Positions 25,158 through 37,472 of a DNA stretch of 64,000 nt are shown piece by piece (within the stretch, counting starts at the first letter, position 1; each line of letters opens with the position of its first letter). This stretch comes from Camelus ferus. Taxonomy: Eukaryota. The stretch spans positions 91,638,001 to 91,702,000 of the forward strand of contig NC_045696.1 in the NCBI RefSeq assembly GCF_009834535.1, read 5' to 3'. Under the pieces are notes generated by a model. It was given only the letters and a program-made list of their open reading frames with translations. It searched no databases and was not told the origin of the DNA. The translations under genes and the position numbers were made by a program.

Positions 25158-25410
25158 GAACTTAACCTACACTGTATCTGGTCCTCACAACAAGGCTGCA
25201 AGCTTGGCACGATCCATCTTCTACAGATGGGTCAGGCCCCGGAGGTGGGTGGTGCCCAGGGGCACAGGCAGGTGAGTGTGGAGAGAGTGGACTCTGGAGC
25301 CAGGCTGCCTGGGGTGGGAGCCCCGCCCCTCCTCTCGGGAGTGAATGACTGTGGGTACGTTGTTTCACCAACCTGTGCCTCAGTTTCTTCACCTGAAGAA
25401 ACAGGGATAA

Positions 25411-25680
25411 TACAGGTCCACCATTTCAAAACCTTAAAAGCTCCAAAGGCCAAAAATTATATTTGTAACATGTCTGGCAATAAAACCTGACCTGAAATAA
25501 ATTCATTTGATAAAGAAAAATGTCTTGAATTGGCATGAGGCTCCTTGATTTATGCAACATGTACATCTGGCTACAGAAACATTAGGACGTCTGATTACAG
25601 GATGCTGTCAGATGCTGCAAGGTGTTGTGTAGCCTGCAGGACATGCGCTGTGTTGTCCTTCTCACGTCCCCAAATATATT
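25411..25680 (-). mobile_element. MER46C-like Tigger MITE next to a MIR (MIR about 25275-25410)
   Basis: TIR-like 'tacaggtccac' and internal 'ggcaataaaacctgacctgaa...gtctgattacaggatgctg'. Confidence 0.65.
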
Positions 25681-25686
25681 AAATGT

Positions 25687-25730
25687 AATAATAATAATAA
25701 TAACAATAACAACAACAATAACAATAATAA
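25687..25730. repeat. (AAT)n/(AAC)n microsatellite
   Basis: taataataataataataacaataacaacaacaataacaataataa. Confidence 0.9.
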
Positions 25731-25961
25731 ACTGTCTTGTTTAAAGTCACTCAGATGGTAAGCCAGGAAAAGAAGGTTCTAGTCCTTGAGAGCAGGAGTG
25801 TCTGACACCATAAGCTGTGCTTTCCATGCTGGCTGAGCCACCTCTGAGACACCCGGGCTGGGACTCATGTCCTGTGGTCCTTAAACCAGCCTTGTTTATT
25901 CAGTATACTGAAGTACTGTCTACCTTCTGGGACGATTATTAAGTGAAACCAGGTCCCTTTT

Positions 25962-26351
25962 TGAATTAGTTGGTGGGGCTTCCATGATAAAGTGCCACAG
26001 ACTGGGGGCTTAGACAACAGAGACGTGCTTCCCACAGCCCCGGAGGCTGGGAGTCTGAGACCAAGGTGACTGTCGGGTGTTTCTGAGGCCCCGCTCCCTG
26101 GCTTGTAGGTGGCTTCCTTCTCCCTGTGTCTTCACATGGTCCTTCTTCTGAGCACACCTGTGTCCTAATCTCCTTTTCTTACAAGGACCCCAGTCATACG
26201 GGACTAGGGCTCATTTAAAGACCTTATTTTTACTTAATTACCTCTTTAAAGTTTCTGTTTCCAAATAGGCACATTCTGAGGTACTGGGGGGGGGGGGTTA
26301 AAGCTTCAACATATGAACGGAGTTGTGTGTGTCACAATTCAGCCCCTGCCA
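25962..26351 (-). mobile_element. Solo MaLR LTR, MLT1A/B-like
   Basis: 'ccacagactgggggcttagacaacaga...ggaggctgggagtctgagaccaagg...cacattctgaggtactggg...cacaattcagccc'. Confidence 0.88.
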
Positions 26352-26370
26352 CTATTTTAAGAAACTAGAT

Positions 26371-26469
26371 GGGTAGGGGAGGGTATAGGTCAGTGGTAGA
26401 GTGCATGCTTACAGCACACGCATGAGGTCCTGGGTTCAATCCCTAGTACCTCTATTAAAAAAAAAAAAA
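26371..26469 (+). mobile_element. tRNA-Ala-derived SINE (Vic-1 type) with TSD
   Basis: 'ggggagggtataggtcagtggtagagtgcatgc...gaggtcctgggttcaatccctagtacctc' plus poly(A); TSD AAGAAACTAGA at 26359-26369 and 26470-26480. Confidence 0.92.
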
Positions 26470-26533
26470 AAGAAACTAGACAAATTCCTCTCATACTAGA
26501 TGCATCCCATACACTTGCTGGCTCACTTCTGCT

Positions 26534-26690
26534 CCAGTGTTTTTCAAATTGTGGTCCAGCATCTAATTGGACCTGAAGTCCAATCACTTGGGCCCTTAAT
26601 AAAAATAAGCCTGTTTCCCAGTCTCTGAGTTAGAATCTGGGGGAGGGGATTGCAGGGCTCAGGTATGGAGTTTGCTTGGTTTTTACATTT
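26534..26690 (+). mobile_element. MER5-family fragment
   Basis: 'ccagtgtttttcaaattgtggtcc...tctgagttagaatctggggg'. Confidence 0.5.
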
Positions 26691-27604
26691 ATATAAAGGC
26701 TTAGTTTAATTAAAGAAATTTAGGAAAATTCAGGTAGCAAGGTAGACCCCCACCCCCCGCTCCCACTGCAGTCCACCCCCGCAACCTCCATCCCCCGTTT
26801 AGCGCAGGCCAAAGAGGAGCCGGAGGTGGGGGGCAGCCCTGAGGGAAGTCGGAGGGTGGAGCACAATTCCTCCTGAGGCTCCTACAGGGTGGGTCACCCT
26901 ACAGGGTGACCACAGGGCCTCCTTTCCTGCTCAGAGCCCCCGAGGCCCCTTCAGTGCAGACAGGCAGAGCTTCGAGGTGTAGACTCGGGCACAGGAGGCC
27001 ATCCTCCCAGGCAGTGCCAGGGTGTGGCTTGCAGCCTGACCATGGGCTCCAGGCATTGCTGGTGGGCAGCATGCCCACCCCTCGTCCCAGCTCCCACAGA
27101 CCGCAAAGCCCTCCCCTGCCCCTCAGAATGGCAGATGACCCGAGCCTTAAGAGATTTAAGAGACCGGAGATGGGGCATTTTCCAGAGCCACAAGCTGAAG
27201 CAGGGAGCAGAGGGGGAGGTGGTTCCTGCAGTCACTGACTCTGCTCCAAAACTTCCAGTGATCTCTCCCTGGAGCTGGGCAACTGGTGGGGTCCTGCTGG
27301 CTCCTTGCAAGCTGATGTTGGGGAGTAGGTTTGCCATCCACGTGAGCACAGCCTTGTAACCATGACCCAAGTGGGTGTCAATGGCGGGTGTACATTTGTG
27401 CACACACCCATGTCTCATGCCGGTGTCGGGCTGGCCACCAGCAAAACAGCAGTGAGTGGGAATCTAACTGGGAACAGTTTCCCCAGCACCATGACAACCA
27501 TCAAAGCAAATGGCGATAATCCATCCCTCTCCTTTCTTTGCTGGTATTGGTTTAGATTTCTCATGTCTTAAAATACTTGCCTGGCGGAAAACGCAGTGAC
27601 TCAC

Positions 27605-27703
27605 CTGAACTAGGACTGAACAGAATAGGCAGAGGGTGCTGTCTTCTGAAGAACTGTCAAAAATTGGCATAGCGTCTGAGGTCTTTCATGTCACACACTG
27701 TTC
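27605..27703 (-). ncRNA. Candidate 99-nt minus-strand exon (non-coding or 5' exon)
   Basis: Minus strand: acceptor 'tgtctctgtatttgacag|GAAC'; consensus donor CAG|GTGAGT; stops in all three frames. Confidence 0.4.
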
Positions 27704-27927
27704 CTGTCAAATACAGAGACATTTCCTACTCTCTCATCAAGGCTGGAGTTGCCAAAGAAAGTAGTTATGATGTGTCAAACTTTGGCATTCGTATTAAACA
27801 GAGTTTAATCAGGTAGGTTCATCTGAGAATCTCTACCACGTGGTCTACCTAGTGCACAACAGGCCCCCTTTTTGATAGAACACTGTCAAAAATGGAAGTT
27901 CCTGAGCAGAAACACTCAGCTCCGTGT

Positions 27928-27944
27928 CCAGCCCTCTGGTGGCA
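27928..27944 (-). promoter_or_regulatory. CTCF motif (reverse)
   Basis: Reverse complement reads TGCCACCAGAGGGCTGG. Confidence 0.5.
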
Positions 27945-28164
27945 TCTCAGACAGTGTTAAATCTAAATGTTGGGATTCCATGAATCCTGAGCACTTCATT
28001 GACTTAAGAACTCCCTCAAAGCTGGTAATTTTGAAACTGTATGGTTTGTAAACTTGAATTAATAAAAAGTAAGGTCAACAATTTTACTGTCCATTAAAGT
28101 GTGTTTATTGGTCCTCTCTTACTTCCACCTGAATTCCACAGGCTATAAATTGTGGTTTATTGGA

Positions 28165-28345
28165 AAATACTCTGGAGCCAGTCCTGATTTCAAAGCCTAG
28201 GTTTGCCACTAATTATCTGTGTGACTTTGGCCAAGTTACTTTACTTCTCTGAATGACAGTTTTCCCAACTGCCAAAGTGGAATTGATAGATTACATGGCA
28301 GTGAATATTAAAAGAGATCACGAATGTGAAAGCTGCCAGCACAGA
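28165..28345 (+). mobile_element. MIR SINE
   Basis: 'ctctggagccagtcctgatttcaaagcctaggtttgccactaattatctgtgtgactttggccaagttactttacttctctg'. Confidence 0.75.
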
Positions 28346-28899
28346 GTGTGATCCCCGGATGCACATTTCTTTTCCTGCAATTTGAAATGAGCATCATTTC
28401 CGGCTCACTAATGTTCTAATATTGGCACACTTCAGTATGTGGCTTTGCATACTTTTACAATGTCACAAATAATCCTCCAAGAAAAATTAGAAATGCTCAG
28501 GATACAGAGCCTGAGACCAGCAGTCGCTGAAGTCAGGAGAGGTGATTTGGGTGCCCAGACAGAAAAAGAAGAGCAAAGGCCCCCTGGTCACTTTCAGAGA
28601 CTTGGCAGGAGGGAGCTGCAGTTTCTCCTTGAAAGGCCCATAAAAATTCTCTGTGAAACGTGACCAGCTAGGGGCAGCTCCAGGGGCACAGGCAAGGCCC
28701 CTGGGAGCCCAGCCTTTCCCACACACTGCCTCCTGGCCTATACCCTGCCCCTGACCTGCCACCCCTGGTTAGGTCCAGCTCCAGTCTGCACTGACTTCCC
28801 CAGCTCTTCCAGTCAGAACCTCAGGTTTCAGTATTTGCTGGGGCTTCCCCTCATTCTTTCATTTCTTTGGTCTCAGCTTCCCACCAGGGAGAAAAACAG

Positions 28900-29135
28900 G
28901 CTCAAGCCTAGCTGTACCCCTTTTTAGTTGGGTTATTATGGATCAATTACTTAGTCTCTTTGAAACTCAGTCATCCCATCTATAAATGGGGATCCTACAT
29001 CGTTAGGCTGTTGTGAAGACTCACGTGAATAAAATGCACATCAAAATATTTTGTGAAGTGCTGAGAAAAAAAAAAAAGGGAATTCAAATCCTCAGTGTGT
29101 ATACCTTACCGGCACATAGTAGGTGCTCCAAGATT
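28900..29135 (+). mobile_element. MIR SINE
   Basis: 'ttacttagtctctttgaaactcagtcatcccatctataaatgggg...ggctgttgtgaagac...ggcacatagtaggtgctc'. Confidence 0.7.
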
Positions 29136-32100
29136 TACGTTAGGTTAATTTTTGATTAAAAATCTTTGCCATGGGAATACTGTACAATTCCCAGACACAT
29201 CAAGTCCTCCAAGGGGGTCCATGGGTTCCGAGGTGATTTCTAGGGGGTGGGATCTGACATTTGCTGTGCACTGGTCATGTCCAGGCTCAGGCCTGGGGAC
29301 AGCTCATGGGATCCTCAACCGTCTAGGTGTTAACCAAGATTCCCTCACCACATGTGGGGCAAATGAAGCCATACCAGGATTAATAACCCAAATGTCAGTT
29401 TGTTACCACCATCTCTCATGTAGAACTTAATCCCAGCAAAGCGCCTTCCCTCCTGTACTTTCAGGGAGTCCCTGGGGGGCGGCTCAGCGGTCCCACCATC
29501 AAATCAACAGGGCCGAGCTCCAGGCCCCGCCCCTTTCCCTGCTCTGCGGTTTAGCAAGCCTGTGCCACGGAGAGTGCCTTCCTCCCTGTTATGACTGTTT
29601 CTGGGGTTCCCAAAAAGGTGAGCTTGTACCTCAGTAAACAATCTGTTAGCGTTTAGAGGCAGCTTTGCCCAGGAATCAGACATGAATCCAACACCTGGTA
29701 GGGCCCAGGATGCATCAGCCGTATTAACACAGTGTACTCAGAACAATGCCCTTCTTGGACCTGGATGCTTTGCCCCCTGACGAGCTCACAGTGCTAGGTT
29801 CCTGGTGGCTCCCCTGACCCCTGGGGTTTCCCCTTAGCTCAGCAGACATGACACGCCCAGCCCAGCGCAGCTCCAACGGGCGCTCCCACTACACCATGAA
29901 GACAGGCAGGCTCAGAGCGGGAAGGAACGTATCCAAGGTCACGCAGCCCACAGGCAGCGCAGATGAGAGCCAAACCCAGAGCAAAGTCCAAATCCCATGT
30001 TCTCTCTGATCCAAATCCCATGATCAAAGTGGCAACGTGACACGTTGTTCTGACCCCGGCGTTCCTACAGCAGGGCACGCTGTGCTGGGTCACTGTTTAC
30101 TGTACATACTTTTCTCCTCCCTGGAGGCTTCCATCTCTTTCTGCTTGGTTTCTATTGGGATTTATGCTTTCAACATAAAAAACTGGGGATTCCTTGCCAT
30201 TTCACCTTTCTTCCCATCCTGAGTTCCCTCCCCCTTTGACTTACAAAAATTTATTTCCCTGTGATTTGGCTCATGGTTAAAAGCACCATGGAGCTTATGC
30301 AGATGAGAGAACAAGCAGGTCTTGGCTACAGCAAAGAGACACCTTAGCCAGGGTTAGTAGATCTGAGAGAAACACAAATCCTTCAGCTCGTTCCCAAAGA
30401 ATCTACAACTTGGCCACCCCTCTGCTCCAGCCGAATGGTCCTGACCGTGACTTCTCATTCTGCCCCCAGCGGTAGCTTAGTGCCCAGAGGGGTGGGCCTG
30501 TGCCCCTGCGTACTCACCCCAACACAGCTGTCCCTCCCGGGCCATCCCAATGACCTGCCTCTGCTTCTCTTCCTGCCTGACACTCCAGTTTCCAGCAGGG
30601 GCCCGCCCCTAGTCCTGGCCTCAGCCCTCTGGGTCCAGGATCTTGACTTTCTGTCTCGGCCTTGCTGGAGCTTTTCTTGGGGAGCTTTTCTTCTCCCTTT
30701 GATGCTGCCAGGGGACCTGCCTACATCTAAACCCTTCTCCTGACCCCCAGAAAAGATGACCGCATTTCCTCCCCAAGCACGAGTGCTCGACTTGCTCTAG
30801 ACTCGGGCTGTACCAGCTCCACTTGTCACACAAGACAACTCTTCGGGGAGGGGGATGGTGCACACCGGGCTGCACCCTGAGCTGGCCACTTCCTGGGGTC
30901 AGGCAACCTGTCACTTTCTTCAGTGGGCTCCTAAGGTACTAGCAGCCATGGTTCTTGGGTGCCCAGGCAACTGGGGGAACTGAATCTTTACCTGGATTTC
31001 TTAAAGACCCTATTTTATAACACAATCCCCCAACCTCACACTTCGTGCCCTCCCATTCTTTCTTTTTCTCCAGAGCACTTGTCACCATTGTGATATACTA
31101 GGTGTCCCCCTCCCCTCTTGAGATCTGAGTCTGCTTTGCTTGAGCACCTGGCCCACGGTGGCTGCTCAACCGCTGTCTGCGGAATGGATGACTCGGATGC
31201 CCACGGCCTTGGCAGGCAGCACCGAGAGCACATACCAGGATGCTGGGAAGAACAGGAGTTCTCGTTCCTCAGATGTCACAGAGCCCAGCTGCCTGAGGCT
31301 GCCAAAAAGGATTTCCACACCTCCTCCATCTTAGCCAGGGCAATAAAATGTCCACAAGTGCTTCCCAGCACCACGGTGGGCACTGTGGGAAATATAAAGC
31401 CTTCGGGCAGCTTATTATCCTGGCTAGCCTCTGAGCCACCCACCCTGCTGGAAAATGGACTGTCTCCTGCAAGCCCTCAGCATGCCTGCACATCTCAGTG
31501 GAACTCTGAATTATATGCTGTCCCCCCGCCTCCACGCCCCGCTGGCTCCTTCCTCCTCAGACACGAGCAGTCTTACTCATCCTCATATCCCCAGTGCCCA
31601 GCACAATGCGGAGAAGCTACGAAGGGTGTGATGAATATTTGATGAATAAATGAACTCCTGGGTTCCACAGGAGAAAGGCAGCCCTTTCTGAATTAATTAT
31701 GTGACTCAAAAGCCAGGGCATGATGAGTTTATTTCTCCTTATGGTGATTAATGATTTTTTTTCCCAAAGAGTTTTTCAGTTCTGCGATTTAAGTTTTATA
31801 TATCGTAAACTTTAAGATAACCCTTATGGAATAATGCTCCTTCCAAAAAAGACACAGCATAAATTTTACAGTAAAATTGATGACTATGTTTCCTCTCCCT
31901 GGACCTTCCATATCTCCTTTTACTTAGGGCTGATTTTTCTGTTTTGAAATAATGTGTAGTGTTTTATGATATTGAAAGTAAAAGTCTGTGAAGAAAAGCT
32001 GATGCTGCCTTTATGATCTCTCCTGGGATAATTAAATTTTGTATTTACTACAGAAAGCTTTTTTTTTAAACAGGCAACAATTATCCAGTTTCTCTTAGAT

Positions 32101-32569
32101 TTAGGAGAGGGTGTTTTACTGTAAAAAGAGGAAATAATACACAGGAAAAGTAAGACAGTCATTGTCACATCCAAGAGAGGAGAGACCAAACAGTTTCTAA
32201 ATGGAACTATTTATGGGCTGCACTGAGCTTTCAACCAGACTGGACATTGTATTTAGTTGATTATAGTCCTCAAATTCAATGATCAGAAATTAGTTTAGTC
32301 AGTGTGGTAAGAAAATTGAAGAAGAGAAAATTTCTGCTTTGATTTATGATTTTCAACATTAGTTGTCTCCACTGATCAACCTATGGATAAGCTGGATAAG
32401 TGCCCGGATGCCAACCCACTTCATGCTATGGGAATACTCCACTCGTTCTGAGAGTTTTACAAAGTTAAACCCCTAAAGGCAACGTGGTGTGCCTCTGTTG
32501 TGCCTGCAGTACAGCATTTTCTGCTAACAGCATCCTGACTGATTTGGAGGGGGGATGTGGGGAGCCACG

Positions 32570-32860
32570 CCTCTCCTCACTCTCAGTTCCTGAGGTTAGA
32601 AACAGTCATGTGATCTGCGCTTGGCCAATCAGGGATTGACTCAGAGATGGAAACATGAGTAAAGCTGGGCCAACGGGAACCTGATTTGGGATTGCTGCTG
32701 ACACCATTGAGAAAGACGTGCTTTGTCTTTTGGGCCTGCTTATTACGCTTGGAGCTGCTGCCTGAGAGTGAAACCAACATAGAAGAATAAGACAGATGAT
32801 AAATTCAACTCACACTGCAGCTTGGATGTATCAATAAAACATAATTTCTCTTGTTTACCC
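32570..32860 (+). mobile_element. Old MaLR LTR fragment (MLT1J/K/L-like)
   Basis: 'gtcatgtgatctgcgcttggccaatcaggg...catgagtaaagctgggccaac...cctgagagtgaaaccaacatagaag'. Confidence 0.5.
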
Positions 32861-34829
32861 GTGATCAATCTGGCCCTTCACTGGTTAGTAGGGGGTGAAA
32901 CCAGTTTAAATCTTGGTCCACCCCAATAATTTCTATATCCCCTTTGAGAACATGCTCAGTTTCTCAGATGGCTTCCCTCGTCTCCTGCTCCACCAATAAA
33001 GATGATAGTCCCTGGCTGATATTCACCTGCTCCCTCCATCATGGCTGACCTGGTTGATAAAATACTGAAACATGCCTGGAGCAGTTGGTAAATAGGCACT
33101 GCCTTGAGTTCCCTAAGAACCACCTCCCTGGACTTTTCCCTGAGCTCCTCACAACCCATCAACAAAAACATTAATCACGGATACAGTAGGGGAATCCATT
33201 CAGACTGGTCAGTGCCTGAGCCTGTAAGATTTTTAAATGTTTTGGTCATCATCCCTGTAGGGTGTATATGGTGAAGGTAGAAGAGGGGTTTGTGCTTCCG
33301 TGTCCTCATGGTGTTGAGAGAAAGGGAACTCTTGGCCTTATACCCATCCTTGGACATAGCTGCCTGTTGTCTGCCCATGTGAGGACAATGTCCACCTCTT
33401 GCTTGTACTGGGTGTTCTACCAGACTCTGATGTGAAGTCTGTGGATGGCGAGTTTGTGGCCCATCCTCTCACCTGAGGCAGCGCTCGCTCCCTGCCTGAC
33501 TTGGCCTCTTCTCTGCCCTTCCGGTGTTTCTGACTTCTGGCCATGACTTCCTATCAGTCCTGATCCCAGGGTCCACCCTGCAGCCAGTACCAATGAATCA
33601 CCCCACTACAGTGATCACCTCCAGCAAGCTGGCCACAGACTTGCTGCTACGTCTGGATAGGGTCTAAGCTACATGGGGACCTAGGATAGCTTAAAAAGTC
33701 CATTGTGGGCCTCCCTCCATCTGACCAAAACTAGGCTACCCAGGCTCTCTGTCTCATATTCAGGAAGTGTGGCAGGGGTAAGGTTCTCCCATGTCTGTGG
33801 GGCTAATCGCTACTTTTCGAACACAAAGGCTCCTCCCAGGCCTCCGGTCTTCTGCTGCTGCTTCTGTACCGCACAATCCTCCTTTCTCCCTGTCTAGACC
33901 TCCCATACATAGAACCTAAGATTCAGTCTACCAAACCCAGTCCCTGATCTTCTAAAGAGGAAGGTAATGGAATGAGAGGTCATTTTCTCAAGGTAAGAGC
34001 TTGAATTACATGGCTATTGCCCTGTTACACACTCTATTTTTGAATGCTGGAGCTGAGTGTTACCTTTTCTTTCTCTTTGTATATCTTCTGGAAAGAATCT
34101 TCATCCCTTCCCCCTCCAGCAGATAAATGCCTAAATTCATATGCTCTGAAAGGCAAAAAAGAAAAGTACATTGGTAACTTCAAAACATAATCCTTGTTAC
34201 CTCTGCTGACATCTTTTAAGCACCAAAACCTAACCGTGCCTAAAGCCAGTATACCCAGTTTAGCAAACCAGTGGATTCCATTTTGGGTTGAGCTGGTTAG
34301 AGCTGCATTTCAGTCACTTACTCCCTGGAGTCCTGACTGACACTGGAATAACAGCATCTCTTTCACATGATTTGTGTGGCCTTTGGCTCAGCTGCACATG
34401 CCAATGGGGCTGGTTAAATGCATTTGATGGTCAGACTGCTGCCGTGGCTGAGTCCCGCCGGACATGGACAAAGCCTGTTCTGAAGAGCTCCCCAAGTTCA
34501 GTCCTAAGCCTTCCAAATGCATTGCATCCTCTCACATGGTAGAAGGAAAAGAATGAAGTGGGAGGAATCCTTCCTTTGGGTTATCTGGGGTTGGACTCCC
34601 CTCTCCTCGCATTTGCCCTTGTGGAGGCTCTACTGAGACTATCCTACCCCTCCCTGTTAACCCTTTCTGCTTCTCTTTACCCTCTAAGCATGTTTCAGTT
34701 TCCCAGAGTAAAAAGACAATAAAAAAAACTCATGCCCAGCTGTAACTTCCCCTTTCCTGCCCAACCAACTCCCCTGAAACAGTGGGCTATACCCAGCACG
34801 CCTGCTGCTCCTCCTCCCTGACTCCATTT

Positions 34830-35470
34830 ACTTCTACTCCACTGTGACTTGGTTTCTGCTCTCACATCCCCACCGAAACTGGGGTCACACGAGTCATTAA
34901 TAACTTCCTCATTGCTGAAATCAACAGGCCCATTCCCGTGCTAGCGTCCTGGACATCTCTGTGGCATTTCCCACTCCCAACCACTTCCTCAGCCTGGGCA
35001 GGCTCTTTATTTGGACTGTTGGATGCCACTGTTCTTTTTCTAGTTTTCGTCCCACTTCTCTGCCCCCTCCTCAGGATCCCTATTTGATCCTATGAAGCTG
35101 GTATCTGTCAGGTTTCAGTTCTCATCCACCCCATGATCTTCTCAGTCTGCTTGCTCTGGGTCATCTCAGCCCCGCCCCAGTTCCAGTGACCACCTCTATG
35201 TTGACCCTTCCCCAATGGACATTTCCAGGCTTCTCTCCCATGCTTGGCACCCATGTTCCTAACTGCTTCCTGGAGGTCTTCCCTGGAAGTTCCACAGTCA
35301 CTTAAAAAATACATTCAAAACACAGTCTTCCTCTCAGACTGGTTTCTACTCCTCTGCTCGCTATGGCAGTAAATGGCACCATCATCCATGAAGCTGCACA
35401 AAGAACCAGGAATCCTGGGTTCCTATTTTCCTTTCCCCTTTCCCTGCTTATTGAATCAGACCGTTGAACC
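34830..35470 (+). mobile_element. L2 LINE internal fragment (degenerate reverse transcriptase region)
   Basis: 'ggtttctgctctcacatccccaccgaaact...aataacttcctcattgctgaaatcaac...ctggacatctctgtggcattt' corresponds to the L2/CR1 GFRPxHSTETA...NDLLIA...LDLSAAF motif. Confidence 0.75.
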
Positions 35471-36124
35471 TGGTAGTATATAATGGATCTCCCAAAGCAG
35501 TGTGTGTGAATGGATGAATGAACTACGGGGACAGAGAAAACCAGTGTGCTAACTTGAGTCTAAAACTTGATGCCATTTTACCTTCCACAGTTTTTCCCCT
35601 GCTTCCTGGTTAACAGGAGGGATCATCATTGTACCAGATGGTCTTCAACTCTGTTCATTCCTGTACTCCAATCTGATGCCCTAGGCACTTAACCATCTTC
35701 TTATCCATTTACCCTCATTGCTCCTTCTTGTGTCTGCCCAGGTTAGGAAAAGAGGAGAGAGGCCTCTGTGATAAAGTAGGACTTCAAATATAAATTTCAC
35801 CACCTTGCAGAACACATTTCACCCTGATAAGAGGTCCTGATGTATCTCAGCAGCCACTGTGAGTCAGAGTGAGAGTTGGGAGGGGAGGAAGGGAAAAGGG
35901 AGGGGGAAGGATGGGGCAGTGGGAAGAAAGATAAACAGAAGCCATTTCCTCCTTTCCCTGTCTTGCCAGGTCACGGAACCCTGCGTGAGTCTCCCCAAGT
36001 GCTGTGCATGGGAAAGTACCTTCCTTCTCGTGCTGCCTGACTTCTGTCTGGAAATGAGTACCGTGATTGTCTCATGAATGCCTGTGTGTCTAGCAGTTTC
36101 GACTTCTTAAAACACTGCAAGGAT

Positions 36125-36360
36125 ATCTGAGTGACTTCCAAGAGCAGGCATTGTGCTAAGCAACGTGCACCTTATCTCATTTAAGCCCGGTGACCCTAGC
36201 AAGTAGATTCTTTTTTTTTTTTTTTAAATAATTTAATCTCCACTTTGTAGACGAGGAAACTAAGGCTTAGAGAGGTTAACTGCTTCAGAAGGTCATCCAG
36301 CCAGTAGTGGAGTCCTGCAAATCATCAAATCAAACCCAGGTCTGTCATTCTATGCCCAAG
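36125..36360 (-). mobile_element. MIR SINE
   Basis: 'caggcattgtgctaagc...ttatctcatttaa...ctccactttgtagacgaggaaactaaggcttagagaggttaac'. Confidence 0.85.
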
Positions 36361-36599
36361 TGTGGGGCGACTACTGATGTATTCGTAGTTATTTTTCATA
36401 CCATACATACATTTAGTACATAGTTACAACCAGGCACCAGATAAATGCTCACTGAAGGAGTGCCTAAACCATGCCAATAAGAGGTGGAACTGGTCCCAGC
36501 TGGCAGAATCCAGAAAGGCATTTCCCAACGTCTCCTTGGACGTCAATTTTCTCACCTGTAAAATGGGGGTATGAAACAAATGCCCTCTAAGGAGCCTTT

Positions 36600-37400
36600 A
36601 GCGTTGTGTGGCTCTCTTCCAATGGCGCGGTGCTTCCAACGTGTCGCCAGGAATCTGGACTTAGAGCCCGACCACCAGGGCTGGCTCCTCCACTGGCGCC
36701 CCCTGCCCCGCCGCTGACGCCCGCGCCCTCCCCCGCCGCCCTCGCCCCAAGCCCAGAGCGACGCGGCCCCTCTCCGCGCATGCGCAAACGCGGGTGGCCG
36801 GATTGCAGGCAGAGTGCAGAGGCGACTCCCTCCCCCAGCTCGGGGGAATCAATGCCCCCAGTAGGGTTGGGGTGGTCCTGCCCGGAACGGACCGGGGCCC
36901 ACGGGGCAGGCGCCTGGCTCTCGTTAGGAAAGGCCAGAGCCTCCCCACAAGGCCCCTGGAAAGCTGTTCCCGTGCGGGAGAGCGTGTTCCAGCCTCCGCG
37001 CCCTGGCGCTGGACGTGCTGGGAGGCACAGAGGGGCCCTTCTTTCCCAGCACAGATGGAAACGCTCTCCTGGCACTGCGGCCTGGGGTGTGGAGGAGGGG
37101 AGGGCCCCGCGGCCCCGCCGACTCAGAAAGCCTGGGAGGATTTTCCACTCAAAAACCATACTGCTGATTAAAATAAAAACGTCTAAGGTCACTGAGGACA
37201 TTCATCCACCTCGGGGTGGGGAATGGGAGGTGTGAGGCGTCACCTGATAGCATAAGCTACTAAAGGGCAGCAGGCACTGCGGGAGGCTCGCCCTTTACTG
37301 CTGCTTCGGGATGAATAACAGAACCTGAGCAGCTATTTTTACACGGGGTGAAACATGGAGAGACAGAGCGAGGGCGCGCGCGCGCGCGCTCGCACACGAG
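36600..37400. promoter_or_regulatory. Main CpG island promoter
   Basis: About 800 bp CpG-dense; NRF1 palindrome CGCGCATGCGCA 36775-36786; GC boxes; reverse CTCF-like GCAGGGGGCGCCA 36694-36706. Confidence 0.85.
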
Positions 37401-37472
37401 GTGGGGAGAGAGAGAGAGAGAGAAGAGAAGAGGAGAGGAGGGGAGGGGAGGAGAGGAAGAGAAGAGAGAGAG
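37374..37472. repeat. (GC)8 tract plus 70-nt pure polypurine tract
   Basis: GCGCGCGCGCGCGCGC 37374-37389; only A and G from 37403 to 37472. Confidence 0.95.

Noticed and set aside
32900..33820. Possible degenerate ERVL-type internal sequence next to the old LTR fragment
   Set aside because: Only a faint resemblance in conceptual translation; it cannot be supported without a Dfam HMM search.
36587..37235. Overlapping ORFs of about 200 aa on both strands (similar cases at 10408-11001 and 41663-42268)
   Set aside because: Pro/Gly/Arg/Ala-rich stop-poor ORFs are expected in GC-rich islands, and I recognise no domain.
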